From a virus, in the IMG/VR virus record IMGVR_UViG_3300000228_000002, positions 1-64,000 of that record: a DNA stretch of 64,000 nucleotides. One strand, 5' to 3'. Position numbers and translations under genes: made by a program. Positions 26,580-37,500 of this stretch are shown here, in pieces; the first letter of the stretch is position 1, and each line of letters begins with the position of its first letter. Under the pieces are notes generated by a model, which had not been told where the DNA came from, made no database searches, and saw only the letters and a program-made list of their open reading frames with translations.

Positions 26580-27731
26580 ATGAAAACAGCAGTACGTTTA
26601 TTGAATTTAGGTCTGGTTCTTGGTCTCGTTTCTTGTACAGGTGGAGGCGGTGGTAGCTCAAGTGGAGGCTCTAGCTATGGTGCACTCGTCAATGGTCGTT
26701 TCATTGACGCCCCCGTACAAGGTCTCCAATACTACCGATCATCCGAAACTTCTGATGGTTTGGCAGCTGATGATGTTCGCACAACTGGTGTCAATGGTGA
26801 GTTCATTTGTTCTACAGGTGAAACAGTGACATTCTCTCTTAATGCCATCAATGGTGTTGACCTTGGTCGCATCACTTGTGGTGCTGAAGAGGTTTTCCCT
26901 AGCAATCTTAACACCGTTAATGGTGATGATCGTAAAGCACAGATGGTTGCCCTTATGCTTCACCATATGAGTGATGATTTTGATGGTACCAATCTTATCT
27001 CTGCCAATAGCACGATCATCATTTCTTCAACTGCTATTGCCTTCATGTCTAGTTACGATATCGACCTTGGTAATGAAGAGGACATTATTGTTGCTATTAG
27101 TGATCTTCGTGCAAACCGAGGCTTGGGAGCACTAGATAGATCGAATAATGATCAACAGTTCGAGAATCTGCTTGCTGCCGCTCAAGCTCACTTAGATGAG
27201 TCAGTTCAGATTGTAGAACAGACTGTTATTCCAGTAGCTACTGTGGCTCAAATTCGCCAGAACATTTTAACTGATGCCTCTAAAGTTACTGACTCTGCTC
27301 TGATCAACGATGTTCTTATCAGTGCAATGAATAGAGATTTCTATGGTCTTCAGCAAGGTGACTTTAGTCTTAATTTCAAGACATGTAAGACTTTTGCCCC
27401 TGCTGGTATCCGTACTCTTATTAAAGATGGTGTGACTTACGTAAGTTCTGACAATGATCCTACTATCGATTTCTGCGTTTCTTTGATCAGTCAGGCTCTT
27501 GCTGAAGGCTACATTCTTTCAGGCAGTGCTTTCCCTAGCTTGAACGATGTTTACTCTTTCGATGGTAACTTGAACCCAGTTCTCTCTTCAGGTGAAGTGC
27601 TTAACGAAGGTAAGTTTTTTGTGATTGATGGAGAAGTTGAGTGGTTCCGTTCTTGTGATGGTGCTTCAATCTCGGTTGCCTCACAAAATAGCCCTTGCTT
27701 AACTCCTGAGAACTTTAACCCTATCAACTAG
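26580..27731 (+). CDS. Host-like outer-membrane lipoprotein (moron)
   Basis: Lipobox LVSC, Gly/Ser linker, GRFIDAPVQGLQY motif. Has its own TATAAT/TGTGTTATAA promoter elements, an AGGAGG RBS and a terminator, and is oriented opposite to the structural operon. Confidence 0.75.
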   Translation: MKTAVRLLNLGLVLGLVSCTGGGGGSSSGGSSYGALVNGRFIDAPVQGLQYYRSSETSDGLAADDVRTTGVNGEFICSTGETVTFSLNAINGVDLGRITCGAEEVFPSNLNTVNGDDRKAQMVALMLHHMSDDFDGTNLISANSTIIISSTAIAFMSSYDIDLGNEEDIIVAISDLRANRGLGALDRSNNDQQFENLLAAAQAHLDESVQIVEQTVIPVATVAQIRQNILTDASKVTDSALINDVLISAMNRDFYGLQQGDFSLNFKTCKTFAPAGIRTLIKDGVTYVSSDNDPTIDFCVSLISQALAEGYILSGSAFPSLNDVYSFDGNLNPVLSSGEVLNEGKFFVIDGEVEWFRSCDGASISVASQNSPCLTPENFNPIN

Positions 27732-27764
27732 ATTTCGGAAGTAAATAGCTGAACGTATCCTCAA

Positions 27765-27781
27765 GGGGCCGTGATGGCCCC
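27765..27781. terminator. Hairpin between convergent genes
   Basis: GGGGCC-GTGAT-GGCCCC. Confidence 0.6.
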
Positions 27782-27790
27782 ACTTCCATT

Positions 27791-29167
27791 TTAAAAATAC
27801 ACGAACCCACTATCATAGCTATCCCCCCCATCATAACGTCCAGAAAGTATTTCCTGAGTTAGGAAGTAAGGCTTTAAGCACAACCCTGTGGACTGCCATG
27901 TTCCTCTACCTGTAGACTCTGCCACAATAGAACATTCAACGAACTCGATTTGGGGTCCGACTTGTGTCCAATCGGTCATAGTCAATCTACCACTTGGAGT
28001 GTCAGTAGCTAGTATGATATCCATTTGCTTTCTAAGGCCAGCAGGTATCACGATTTCATGGGACTGATTTCCTGCCACGATATCTACTATCCACTCGAAA
28101 CCTGGTTCAAGATATACGATCAACTTACCACTAGTGTTTGAAGTGGTGGAAAACCTGTAACTCTGACCATTGAAATCTAGATTGGGAACTAGCTTATTTG
28201 TGACTCTGAATTGACTACCATCCACATCAAAAACGACTCTGTTCGGTGTAACCCTAGCGTCGCCCTTAGAACTGCCAAATAGCTGGAAAGCTTTAGAGCT
28301 GATCGGTCTGTTCAGAACGGGGTGATTCTTGTTTACTGTCTCATATCCGAACTGGTCGCCAAACTGGTAGTTATTGGAACGATCTCTGAGTTTGATAGCA
28401 AAAGTCTCTTTTGGAGCAAAACCTTCGATAAGTCTTCCCGAGAAGTGATCCACAAGAAATGGACCCATCTCGTTGGAGCTATTGAATAAATTTGGGACTC
28501 TGATAGAATTTGAGAAGTATGCAGGGTAAGCCCTGAAGTATACTAGCTCTTCCACTGGGATATCTCTATTCACTGGTTTGTCAAGTTCTAGTACGTAAAC
28601 CGTGTTGAAAACTGGATCTATCGAAGTACCACCAATCAAAGCCTTTTTCACTTTGACTTCTGTTGATGATTGCAATAATCCTGCAGTAGCTAGGAATACG
28701 AAAACGTCACCATTAGCCAGAGGATATCTGGATTGGACTTGTATGGTAGTGTCGCCTTCAGAAATAGGACCATTCAGTTTGAGAGGAGACGCATATATCA
28801 GTATTTCACGACTAGTGTCATATGAGAATCTTAAAGTATCTCTTAGAACTACTCTCTTATCCAGGACATCGTCAATCACAGAAAGCTCTTTACCAGGTCC
28901 AATAGATACAATCGAGTCAATATTTAGCCACGATGGTGCCTCAGTAACCGGAATTTGGTTTGTTCCTAGGTTTACCGCTTCTGATAACTGGAAAGTGTTC
29001 TCAGTGTTGAAAACAGCAGAAGAGTTACCAGTCCTTTTGGCAAATCGAACTTTTCCTCTCAACAGTTGATCGATGAAATACGGAATTCCACGTGGAACTA
29101 CCTTCACATGAAGAGAATCCAACTGAGAGTTTACGGTTTTTTCGATTCTAGTTAATCTTCCGGCCAC
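27791..29167 (-). CDS. Virion structural protein
   Basis: 458 aa, beta-rich, C-terminal YDGGDSYDSG; structural operon. Confidence 0.5.
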   Translation of the reverse strand: MAGRLTRIEKTVNSQLDSLHVKVVPRGIPYFIDQLLRGKVRFAKRTGNSSAVFNTENTFQLSEAVNLGTNQIPVTEAPSWLNIDSIVSIGPGKELSVIDDVLDKRVVLRDTLRFSYDTSREILIYASPLKLNGPISEGDTTIQVQSRYPLANGDVFVFLATAGLLQSSTEVKVKKALIGGTSIDPVFNTVYVLELDKPVNRDIPVEELVYFRAYPAYFSNSIRVPNLFNSSNEMGPFLVDHFSGRLIEGFAPKETFAIKLRDRSNNYQFGDQFGYETVNKNHPVLNRPISSKAFQLFGSSKGDARVTPNRVVFDVDGSQFRVTNKLVPNLDFNGQSYRFSTTSNTSGKLIVYLEPGFEWIVDIVAGNQSHEIVIPAGLRKQMDIILATDTPSGRLTMTDWTQVGPQIEFVECSIVAESTGRGTWQSTGLCLKPYFLTQEILSGRYDGGDSYDSGFVYF

Positions 29168-29177
29168 TTTGACTCCC

Positions 29178-29639
29178 CTAGAATTGAGTCAAAATTCTGA
29201 AAACGAATACGTTTTGCAAATTTTTGGTTAGAATTGGAAAGTGAGCTATAGCAAATAAGAACTGTGTTCCGACTTCTGATGGAACGTCGGACATTAGGAC
29301 CTCTCCCCAAATACCAACCTCACCAATAGCACCAATGTTCGACGGATCTGAGTGATCCAATCTGCAGTTGAGAACTATCGTCTTAGGATGCGGTCTCTCG
29401 ATACTAACGAATGGCTCAATACCAGTCGTTGCATCTGGGAAATACTTCACATCGAGGATAGTATTGGCAGGTACCACTGGTTGTACCTTTACTGGGTTTG
29501 CATCAACATACCCTGCATGACCAACGTCAAAACCTATGAGTTTGAATGATACTTCTCCAAAAAGTGAACGTGCAAGATATGTCCTACCACCCTCAGTGAG
29601 TCGTGCTATGGAAGAATCTGGTGTGTCCGTATAAGCCAT
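29178..29639 (-). CDS. Tail-collar/fibre-attachment-like protein (paralogue of 39113)
   Basis: ARLTEGGRTYLA...F...GEVGI...LFAIAHFP. Confidence 0.65.
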   Translation of the reverse strand: MAYTDTPDSSIARLTEGGRTYLARSLFGEVSFKLIGFDVGHAGYVDANPVKVQPVVPANTILDVKYFPDATTGIEPFVSIERPHPKTIVLNCRLDHSDPSNIGAIGEVGIWGEVLMSDVPSEVGTQFLFAIAHFPILTKNLQNVFVFRILTQF

Positions 29640-29654
29640 ATTCTCTTTTACCTA

Positions 29655-32600
29655 TTAATTGTTAATCTTCACATAGTAATCAGCTGCTACTGGCAACACA
29701 CTAGTTCCAGTCAATGCATGCAGGTCGGAGCCTGATATGTTAGCTCCGTTGGCAGCTACCCACTTGTTACTGCGAAGACCTTGGAATTGTGCCAAGTTCA
29801 ACATAGGTGAATAAACGAAGTCACCAAGTCTACCACTACCATATTCTGCAGATAGAATATCGAGATCCACCTCAGTAGGCCCGTTGATCTTGATAACCTG
29901 TATATCGAAGTCACTAGCAGAATAGTCTGCATCAAGCTCGATCATGCTAGATGTGATTTCTTTATAGTATGCCTGATTTGTTGAACCAGTCACGAATCTA
30001 GGAAGGAACTTACCATCCACAAGTACAAGAAGTTCACCAAAAGGATAGCCTGGGTTAGCCCCCGGAATGTAGTTGTATGATAATTGTATTCTAGTCAGAC
30101 CAGATGTAGAGTCTACACTACATCCAATAGGAGTAACTGAACCATCAAATTTGGCAAATGCAGATTTGACTTCTTTTGCCGTTTCGATTGGGAAAGCGGA
30201 CTCTCCGATGAGATCAGCATAATTAGATGCAAATTCTCTTACATCGGCTACTGGTGTGTAATGACCCTTAGATACATCGTATGTGTTACGAAGTTTACCA
30301 CCTACTGACAATTCGAAGAATCCGAAGATTCCAACCTTGTAACCAGAACTTGCAACAGCATTAGTTCTTGGGTTGTTCTGTTCGATAGTTATAGTATGGC
30401 TTCCGTAACTAAGACCAGTAAGAGAAACAATTCTCATCCCAGTATCAGCAGCACCGTATGTATCGAGAGTGGCTCCTGCTAGAAGAGTTTGACCTTCGAT
30501 AGTCAGACCAAGTGTATTTACGTTGAACCCGTCGATTTTAACTGTGGCTTGACCACCATCAGTTCTACGGAAATATGCAATCTCGATACCTGTACCGAAG
30601 AATATGTGGGAAAGTATATCCCCAGCATTCTGAGTTTCTACATATCTACCTAGGAACTCTGTCTGATCTTGGACGACTGTCCATGAAGTATCAACTCCTG
30701 GCCCTTTAGTAAAGATTGAGTATTTGAAAGCATCATAGAAAGCTTTACCGTGTGAGTATCTGTATCTATTAGCAGCAACAGTTGGCTTACTCAACTCCTG
30801 GATGTAAGGAGAAACGTTGTCTTGAGTAGACAACATCGGTTGAGTACGATCTACACCTCTTTCGAGACTGTAGATAGTAGCATGAGTTACTTGGAACTCC
30901 TGAAGAGAAGTTATGTGGGTCTCATGGAACGTATGACGAGAACGGTTGAATATTGTTTTTCTAGTTACACCAGCTGGAACAGCTATGTCGTATTCTGCAG
31001 ATCCATCAATCGATACTCTCAGTGTAACTGCAGTGACATTGTTGAACTCAAGATCAAGTCTCGGTCCACATGTACCAATTGTGAATTTACCAGTAGATGC
31101 TGGAACCACCATCGATCTTCTATCAGTTGACAGAGACGCATTGTTAGCAGCCAGGATAGTTTGACCATCCTTATGTACCACGTATCGTTTGGCTTTAGGG
31201 GCCGAGTTCTTAACAGAGAAATCTGTAGTAGAATAGTCGATAAACCCAGTAACGATCTCATAACGTGCTGCGAATTCCTCGCCAAGCTCATCTGGTGCAT
31301 CGTCACCAAGAGATGCTATCAGTCGGAATTGCTTATTCTCAAGAGCACCAGTTAGTGCAGGATATACAGTGATGGAAGGGTTTGCATAGTTGGTAATTCT
31401 TACTATTTGTGTTTGTGTAGATCCGATTGCCTCAACCACATCCCCAATCTTGAAAGCAGATAAGTATTTACCAGTCTCAGTACCAGTTGTAGGTGAAAGG
31501 GTAGTGGCATTGGTCATGCCCATTATCGTATAGTTAGGATCAAAATCCAGATTCGATTGTGGTGTATTGATGATGCTAATGATAGGTGTACCATCAACAA
31601 TATCTCTATTAAGAACCGATGTATAGTTTGCACCTGTGCTGTTAGAAGTAGGGAACACCGGTTGAATTCTTCTAGTAGTCTTAGAATTGACTCTAGTGTT
31701 CTCGAAACCAATGCCCGACTCAACGAACAATCTGATATCTACATCAGAAAAGCTATTGAGTACAGTAGCTACCACTGGATCAGCATCAGAGTTAATAAGT
31801 AAGTTGTTGGTGACAGTGATAGGAAGTGCAAGAGCATTATTGTAAAGTATTACAATGTCACCACCATACACAGTCTCAAGAGCTGCTACACCCTCGGTGT
31901 TGAGGGTCCAGTAAGTAGCACCATTCATCGTGCCGAATTGTACATAAACTCTGGCATTTTGATTGAGGCTTTCTCTCGTAGCAGTCTGGGCAACTCCATT
32001 GAACACATAGATAGAGTTAGTCTGAACATCTACTTGGTTCTTAACCAAAATACGATCACCATTGGCGAGGACAACCCCATCAATGTTGGCTGGCATTGAG
32101 TTCACATCAATGTTGGCTGTAGTAGCTACTTTGACCTTTGCAGTATAGTTGTTGTTCAACTGAACATATGCATTAGTAAGACCAGGCAGAGTTCTTATAG
32201 CAGTCTGAATCTGTGATAGCGTAGCATTGTATGCTATGTTGGCAGTAGAGTTGGCATTGTATGTGATCTGGAAAGTTCCAGAAATGGCTTCACTGTCAAA
32301 TGCTATTGCTGCTGTCTTGGGTGGTATAGTCAGAACTTCGAGGCCAGCAATAATTAGAGAATCAGCAGAAGCTCCTGCAATTCTCATATTGATCGTAGTT
32401 ACTTGGGTTGAATCCAACCCACCAACGATTTTGACTCTCTGAAATCTTTCACCAGAAATATAGGCAATGTTTGAGGAAGCAGTACCAGCCTGACTAACAC
32501 TTATAGTGCTTACCGACTGTTCATTGTTGAGTGAAATAGCAAGATCTGGGGACCCTGGTGTAACCTTACACCATAGATACAATTCAGTGATGAAGTCCGT

Positions 32601-34523
32601 TATTTGGATATCACCAGTGGAAGTGAGGAATACTACCTCAACTTCGCCTGTGTCGGAGTGTGCTCTTCTTACACACGAACCATAGAGAATTACTCTAGGG
32701 TCGATTCTCTTTCCACCTTGAGATATACCAAAAGCTGGTCTACCCTCTGGTCTAGAGAACTCTTTTAATCGGAACAGATCATCAATCTTGATAACTTCAT
32801 GTGCATGAGCTTTAAGCTCACTCATCAGAAGGTTTCTTGGATTGTTGTTAACTCTTGTAGATCCACCAGGAAGAATGTTGTCGTTAATTTGCGACGGTCT
32901 CAAACCGGTGTCGATGTTGACTATTGATATAGAGTTTGCTGTTCTTGCAGTTACTCGATATTCGATGCCAAGACCATCAATGAAAATGTTCCCCACTTTA
33001 ACTAGGGTAGTAAGATCAGGGGCTCCAACATACGTTACTGTGCCTGTAGCTGCACTATAAGTGTACACATATGCATTGTTTTCGAAAGTGTACGTTAGTG
33101 GTACATCAATGTTCTTATCAAAAATTGGCCCAAGCTTAACGTCGTTCTGGAAATAATCATAATCTTCGTTAGTAGCTACGATAGTAGTGTTCTGGTTAGA
33201 ACCCAAGTAGCTAATCAAATCGTCGATGTCTTCTCTTAGTTCTTTGTTTGACTCGTCAGGATTCAGATAAGTATCAAAAGGTTTACCTTTGATGTTCTGA
33301 ATATGTTGAATTGCTTCACCCGATACGAAATCTGATGCAGGACCCTTCTTAGTATCAAACCCTTTGTCTATCGTTCCAAGAATTTTCTTAGCAGAGTACG
33401 ATACTCTTAATGAGGTGTCGATTGGTTGATCTGTGGTGATATAAAGGTTTCCACTGTAGAAACCGTCAGCATCAGCATCAATAGATGGATTAAGGATTTG
33501 GGTTTGAGCCGAGTCCTTATAGATTTGTACAAATCGTGGCCATTTGCCTGCCGAATTGTTGACATAACCTCTATCATAATTCAGGTCGAGAAGAGCAAAA
33601 TACGTAACTGCAGTACCTACTCCACCCTTACCTATATAAACTGGGTGAAGGAGACCAGTCAATTCAATACGACCACCACCAGCAAGGATGAGTAGTTGTG
33701 GTTCGGCTAACGGGTATTCTGTAGTTACAAACGGGTTCAATGCAGACGGTGTACCGTGTGAACCCTGGAGAGCATCCTTTTCATTTCCGTCAAGAAGTCT
33801 GGCTGTGTCTTGTTGAGTGACATATCTGTTAATAATACTAGGTGCACCTACCGAACCGATAGCAGCATCTTTCTGATCATCAGTTAAATGCTTCTCATCA
33901 ACATATAAATTGTTACGGTGCGATGACACTTCATTTTGAAGAGCCAGTGTGTTGGTAAGATTCAACCAAGTGACACCATTCCATGCATAAATCTCAACTA
34001 GACCACCAGCACCACCAATAATAAAGTGATCACCATCGCGATTGTGTTGAGCAGGAAGTTCCGCACTTGTTTGAAGATAGCCTCTGAAAGGGCTTCTTCC
34101 AAGTCTATCGAATGTGTCACGAATATCGTAAGTAATATTTGCAGAAGTGATGGCTAAATCGCCAATACCCAATGTAATGGTACCGAATACAACGTGATCG
34201 CCCTTGTCCAGGAGTGCATTAAAAGCACTGACCTCGTAAGTTCTGTACTCGATAATAGGCTGATCAGCCTGTATCCATTTTGCATATATAGTGAGAACTG
34301 TCGTCTGGTTCAGTGGGATAGCCTGAAACACGTGAGTCTGGGTGTCTTGAACTAGCAAACCTTCATCGGTCATTGCCGTGAAAGGCGTGACAGCTACATC
34401 TAGACCATTTGGTACTAGGAGTGCACCCTGAGTGATACCTTTCTTGAAAGTTACTGCAAATCTCTGGTTAAGGTCAGCTGTGGAATCGTTATTTAACCAT
34501 TTGAAAATCACATTTAATGCCAT
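29655..34523 (-). CDS. Long tail fibre/spike-like structural protein
   Basis: 1622 aa; paralogous to 34583; contains a VKVATTANI...IDGVVLANGDRILVKNQ fibre domain and a GTFQITY...IAYNA domain. Confidence 0.75.
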   Translation of the reverse strand: MALNVIFKWLNNDSTADLNQRFAVTFKKGITQGALLVPNGLDVAVTPFTAMTDEGLLVQDTQTHVFQAIPLNQTTVLTIYAKWIQADQPIIEYRTYEVSAFNALLDKGDHVVFGTITLGIGDLAITSANITYDIRDTFDRLGRSPFRGYLQTSAELPAQHNRDGDHFIIGGAGGLVEIYAWNGVTWLNLTNTLALQNEVSSHRNNLYVDEKHLTDDQKDAAIGSVGAPSIINRYVTQQDTARLLDGNEKDALQGSHGTPSALNPFVTTEYPLAEPQLLILAGGGRIELTGLLHPVYIGKGGVGTAVTYFALLDLNYDRGYVNNSAGKWPRFVQIYKDSAQTQILNPSIDADADGFYSGNLYITTDQPIDTSLRVSYSAKKILGTIDKGFDTKKGPASDFVSGEAIQHIQNIKGKPFDTYLNPDESNKELREDIDDLISYLGSNQNTTIVATNEDYDYFQNDVKLGPIFDKNIDVPLTYTFENNAYVYTYSAATGTVTYVGAPDLTTLVKVGNIFIDGLGIEYRVTARTANSISIVNIDTGLRPSQINDNILPGGSTRVNNNPRNLLMSELKAHAHEVIKIDDLFRLKEFSRPEGRPAFGISQGGKRIDPRVILYGSCVRRAHSDTGEVEVVFLTSTGDIQITDFITELYLWCKVTPGSPDLAISLNNEQSVSTISVSQAGTASSNIAYISGERFQRVKIVGGLDSTQVTTINMRIAGASADSLIIAGLEVLTIPPKTAAIAFDSEAISGTFQITYNANSTANIAYNATLSQIQTAIRTLPGLTNAYVQLNNNYTAKVKVATTANIDVNSMPANIDGVVLANGDRILVKNQVDVQTNSIYVFNGVAQTATRESLNQNARVYVQFGTMNGATYWTLNTEGVAALETVYGGDIVILYNNALALPITVTNNLLINSDADPVVATVLNSFSDVDIRLFVESGIGFENTRVNSKTTRRIQPVFPTSNSTGANYTSVLNRDIVDGTPIISIINTPQSNLDFDPNYTIMGMTNATTLSPTTGTETGKYLSAFKIGDVVEAIGSTQTQIVRITNYANPSITVYPALTGALENKQFRLIASLGDDAPDELGEEFAARYEIVTGFIDYSTTDFSVKNSAPKAKRYVVHKDGQTILAANNASLSTDRRSMVVPASTGKFTIGTCGPRLDLEFNNVTAVTLRVSIDGSAEYDIAVPAGVTRKTIFNRSRHTFHETHITSLQEFQVTHATIYSLERGVDRTQPMLSTQDNVSPYIQELSKPTVAANRYRYSHGKAFYDAFKYSIFTKGPGVDTSWTVVQDQTEFLGRYVETQNAGDILSHIFFGTGIEIAYFRRTDGGQATVKIDGFNVNTLGLTIEGQTLLAGATLDTYGAADTGMRIVSLTGLSYGSHTITIEQNNPRTNAVASSGYKVGIFGFFELSVGGKLRNTYDVSKGHYTPVADVREFASNYADLIGESAFPIETAKEVKSAFAKFDGSVTPIGCSVDSTSGLTRIQLSYNYIPGANPGYPFGELLVLVDGKFLPRFVTGSTNQAYYKEITSSMIELDADYSASDFDIQVIKINGPTEVDLDILSAEYGSGRLGDFVYSPMLNLAQFQGLRSNKWVAANGANISGSDLHALTGTSVLPVAADYYVKINN

Positions 34524-34582
34524 ATACTGATAACCTTATTTAGTAAATTTGGATTAAAGTTAACGTAGGTGGTTTTGTGCTA

Positions 34583-37500
34583 TTAAACAAAACTACCGCC
34601 ATCAATAATATTTGAGTCACCCTGGCCCTCATCAACTAGATCGAACACGTCTCCAACGGTGGAGATCAAGTCATCTAGAGACTTAGTTCCGTTACCAAAA
34701 TTTCTTCTATCATATTGATTTGAGTAACCGAGGTAGTATCTTGTACTACGGGCCAACTCGTTAGCATAACCAAAATATCCATACGAATTTGTAAAGAATA
34801 TTTGGTTCACGTTAATGTAGAAATCACTAGAGTTAGAGTTATTAGCCATTGGAGATGGAATTTGAACTCTGATAGTGTATTTACCATAGTCTGGAAATTC
34901 AACCTCGATACGTTTACGAGCCGGTACTGCAGCATACATATCAACGATACCGCCAGCGTTACCACCACCAATGATGTCATTTCTGATTATACCACCAGCA
35001 AAGACTGCTCCAGGGAAGTTCTCTTCTTTAACAATTCGGAACGATAAGTCGTTATTGAATTTTGCCTGTACTAATGCATACCCAGAATCATCTGTGGCAG
35101 TGTATTCGAAGGCAAGAGTACGACCGTAGAAAGTCCACTCAAAGTAGGAACCTTCAGCATTTGATCTGTTGTACCTTCCGTAGAGTTTAGTCCAGTCAAT
35201 ACTTGAAGACCAAGGAAGTCCTAGACCATCAATAAATCTTACGAGTGATGTGTAAGCATCGAAGCCCACAGAGCCAAGTGGCAAGTTAGCACCGGGAAGA
35301 TTGCCTGTATTCGGATTGTTAAGGGAAACACGGTAAGCTGCCAAATATTTGATTTGACTAATATCAAGACCAGCTGGTTTATTGACTGCCTCTGGTTCTT
35401 TGAAAATGAACCCCACAATATTCATGTTTTGTGCATTGTAGATTTCCACTTCATATGCTTGGAATCTACCATTAGCAAACAATTGAATTCTTGTGTAGCC
35501 TTCAATGCCTGTTGATTTAGAGATTGCAGGAGAGCCATTTATAGTGTAACTGAATGCAATGTTTGATGAGTTAGCTACAATGATGTCCATTGAAGAACAC
35601 ACGGCACATATCTTGAGTCTCGAAGTTGGGTTAGGGAACACCAGAGCTCTCTCATAACCTTCCACGTTCAGTTCTGTGAAAGATATCTCTTTAGAAATGA
35701 ATTTTGTCGATCCATCCTCAAGGATTGAAACCCTGTCAACCACGATTGGTGGAAGTTGTAGGAATTCACCGAATGTAGCCAAACCGCAGAATTCGGCAAT
35801 AATGCGTCTAGCTTCCACTTCTTTATCATAGGATTCTGAAATTGTAGAACAGATGTGAATTAGTGCACCCGAACCAGCCATGTTGAAGTTTGAATCAAAA
35901 GTTACAACAGGGCCAACGATGTTGGTAATTATTTTAGTTTCCTCGTTAGTGGCAGTGACAACTTTGACTATATCGCCAATTCGGAAGAAATTAGCTAGTT
36001 TAACCGTTCCTGTACCAACCGTAATTTGGTTACTTCCTACGAAAACACTACCCACTGGGGTTAAGCTGTTTCCATCGAAATCAGTCATAGGACTGAAATG
36101 GCTCTGAATTTGGAGCTCTCTATTGTAAAGGATTGATGTCACTGCTCCACGACGGAGAGTACCAACTTCATTCAAAGGAATTACTTCCACTTGATCTTGG
36201 TAAACAGCATCACCCTGAACAAAAGCTCTTCCTGGAAGAAGATTTGCTTGGTCAAATTCCCTACGAATCAAATCAAACCCGTAGAACACGAATTCTGGGG
36301 TTGCATCTGGGATGATAATTTCCACCGTGTGGGTTACACCGTCTTGGAGATTTGATACGATCGGATAGTTCTTAGTCTTGATGTCGGATAGAGTATCGAA
36401 AGACACTGCCAATCCACCATAGCTCAAATCGAAGTTTGGATATGTCACCCCATCAACGATTACTCCAATAGAGGGAGAGCTTGCGTTGGTATCGGAGATA
36501 AGTTCTAGATCAGTGAAGTGTCCAGTGATGGTGTATCTAGCACTATTTACAGAGAACACCTGTGTTTTTGGTCCACCATTAGGTCCAGCTAGTGGATTAG
36601 TGACTGTTCTAGTCTGAATGTTTCCGTAGGCTCTCAGTCTATTCTCTTTATGGATTACAGACTTCAGAGGCTCTTGAATTTCGAATGCTAGTTGACCAGT
36701 TACAGGATGATACTCATTCTCAACTGAAATCATTTTGGAAGCCACAATCCTCTCACGGTGCTGAGCAAGCTGCATTGTAGAAAGATTGATCCTACGAGGA
36801 TTGTCATCTACTTTAACAGACCCGTGTAGAACCTTGCTAATTGTGGTATTGATATTGATAGGAACTTGTGATTTTCTGTTTCTGATTGTAACTGTAGTAG
36901 GAGTTAACCCTACAATTACAAATTCATTATCACCACCATCAACGAAGACGTTTCCACCCACAACAGAACCCAAGTTGGGGGAACCGACATAAGTCACTAC
37001 ACCTGTAATGTTGTTATATGTGAACGTGATCCCAGTTGAATTTTCGAATGTGTAGTTGATTAATCCTACGTTGTTCTCGTATAGCCCTGTATATTCAGGG
37101 ATAGAGTTCATTTTGTCGAAGTCACTTACTACCATGTCAGTAGTAGTGTTGGAGTTAGCATATTGCTTAATATCTCCGACTTCTTCGTAGAGCTCAATGT
37201 TGGAAGCTTTCTCTGGTAGAACAGAATCGTAAGTTATGCCTGATACTTCTTCAAACTTCTTGATCACGTCACGGTTGGTCTGAGCAACTTTCGGTTGGTT
37301 ATCAAATAGAAGATCAATTTTGTAACTACCAAGTGTATTTCTTATTCCGTGAACTAAACGGTATGCCAGATCAGGAACTACGTTGAATTTCAGGTATAGA
37401 GGGCCAGCAATGTAGAAACCGTACTGGTCAATGTCAACTAAAGGTTCTGAACCTGGATCCGAAATCAATTGAGTAAGGCCTGCATCTTTATATATAGCAA

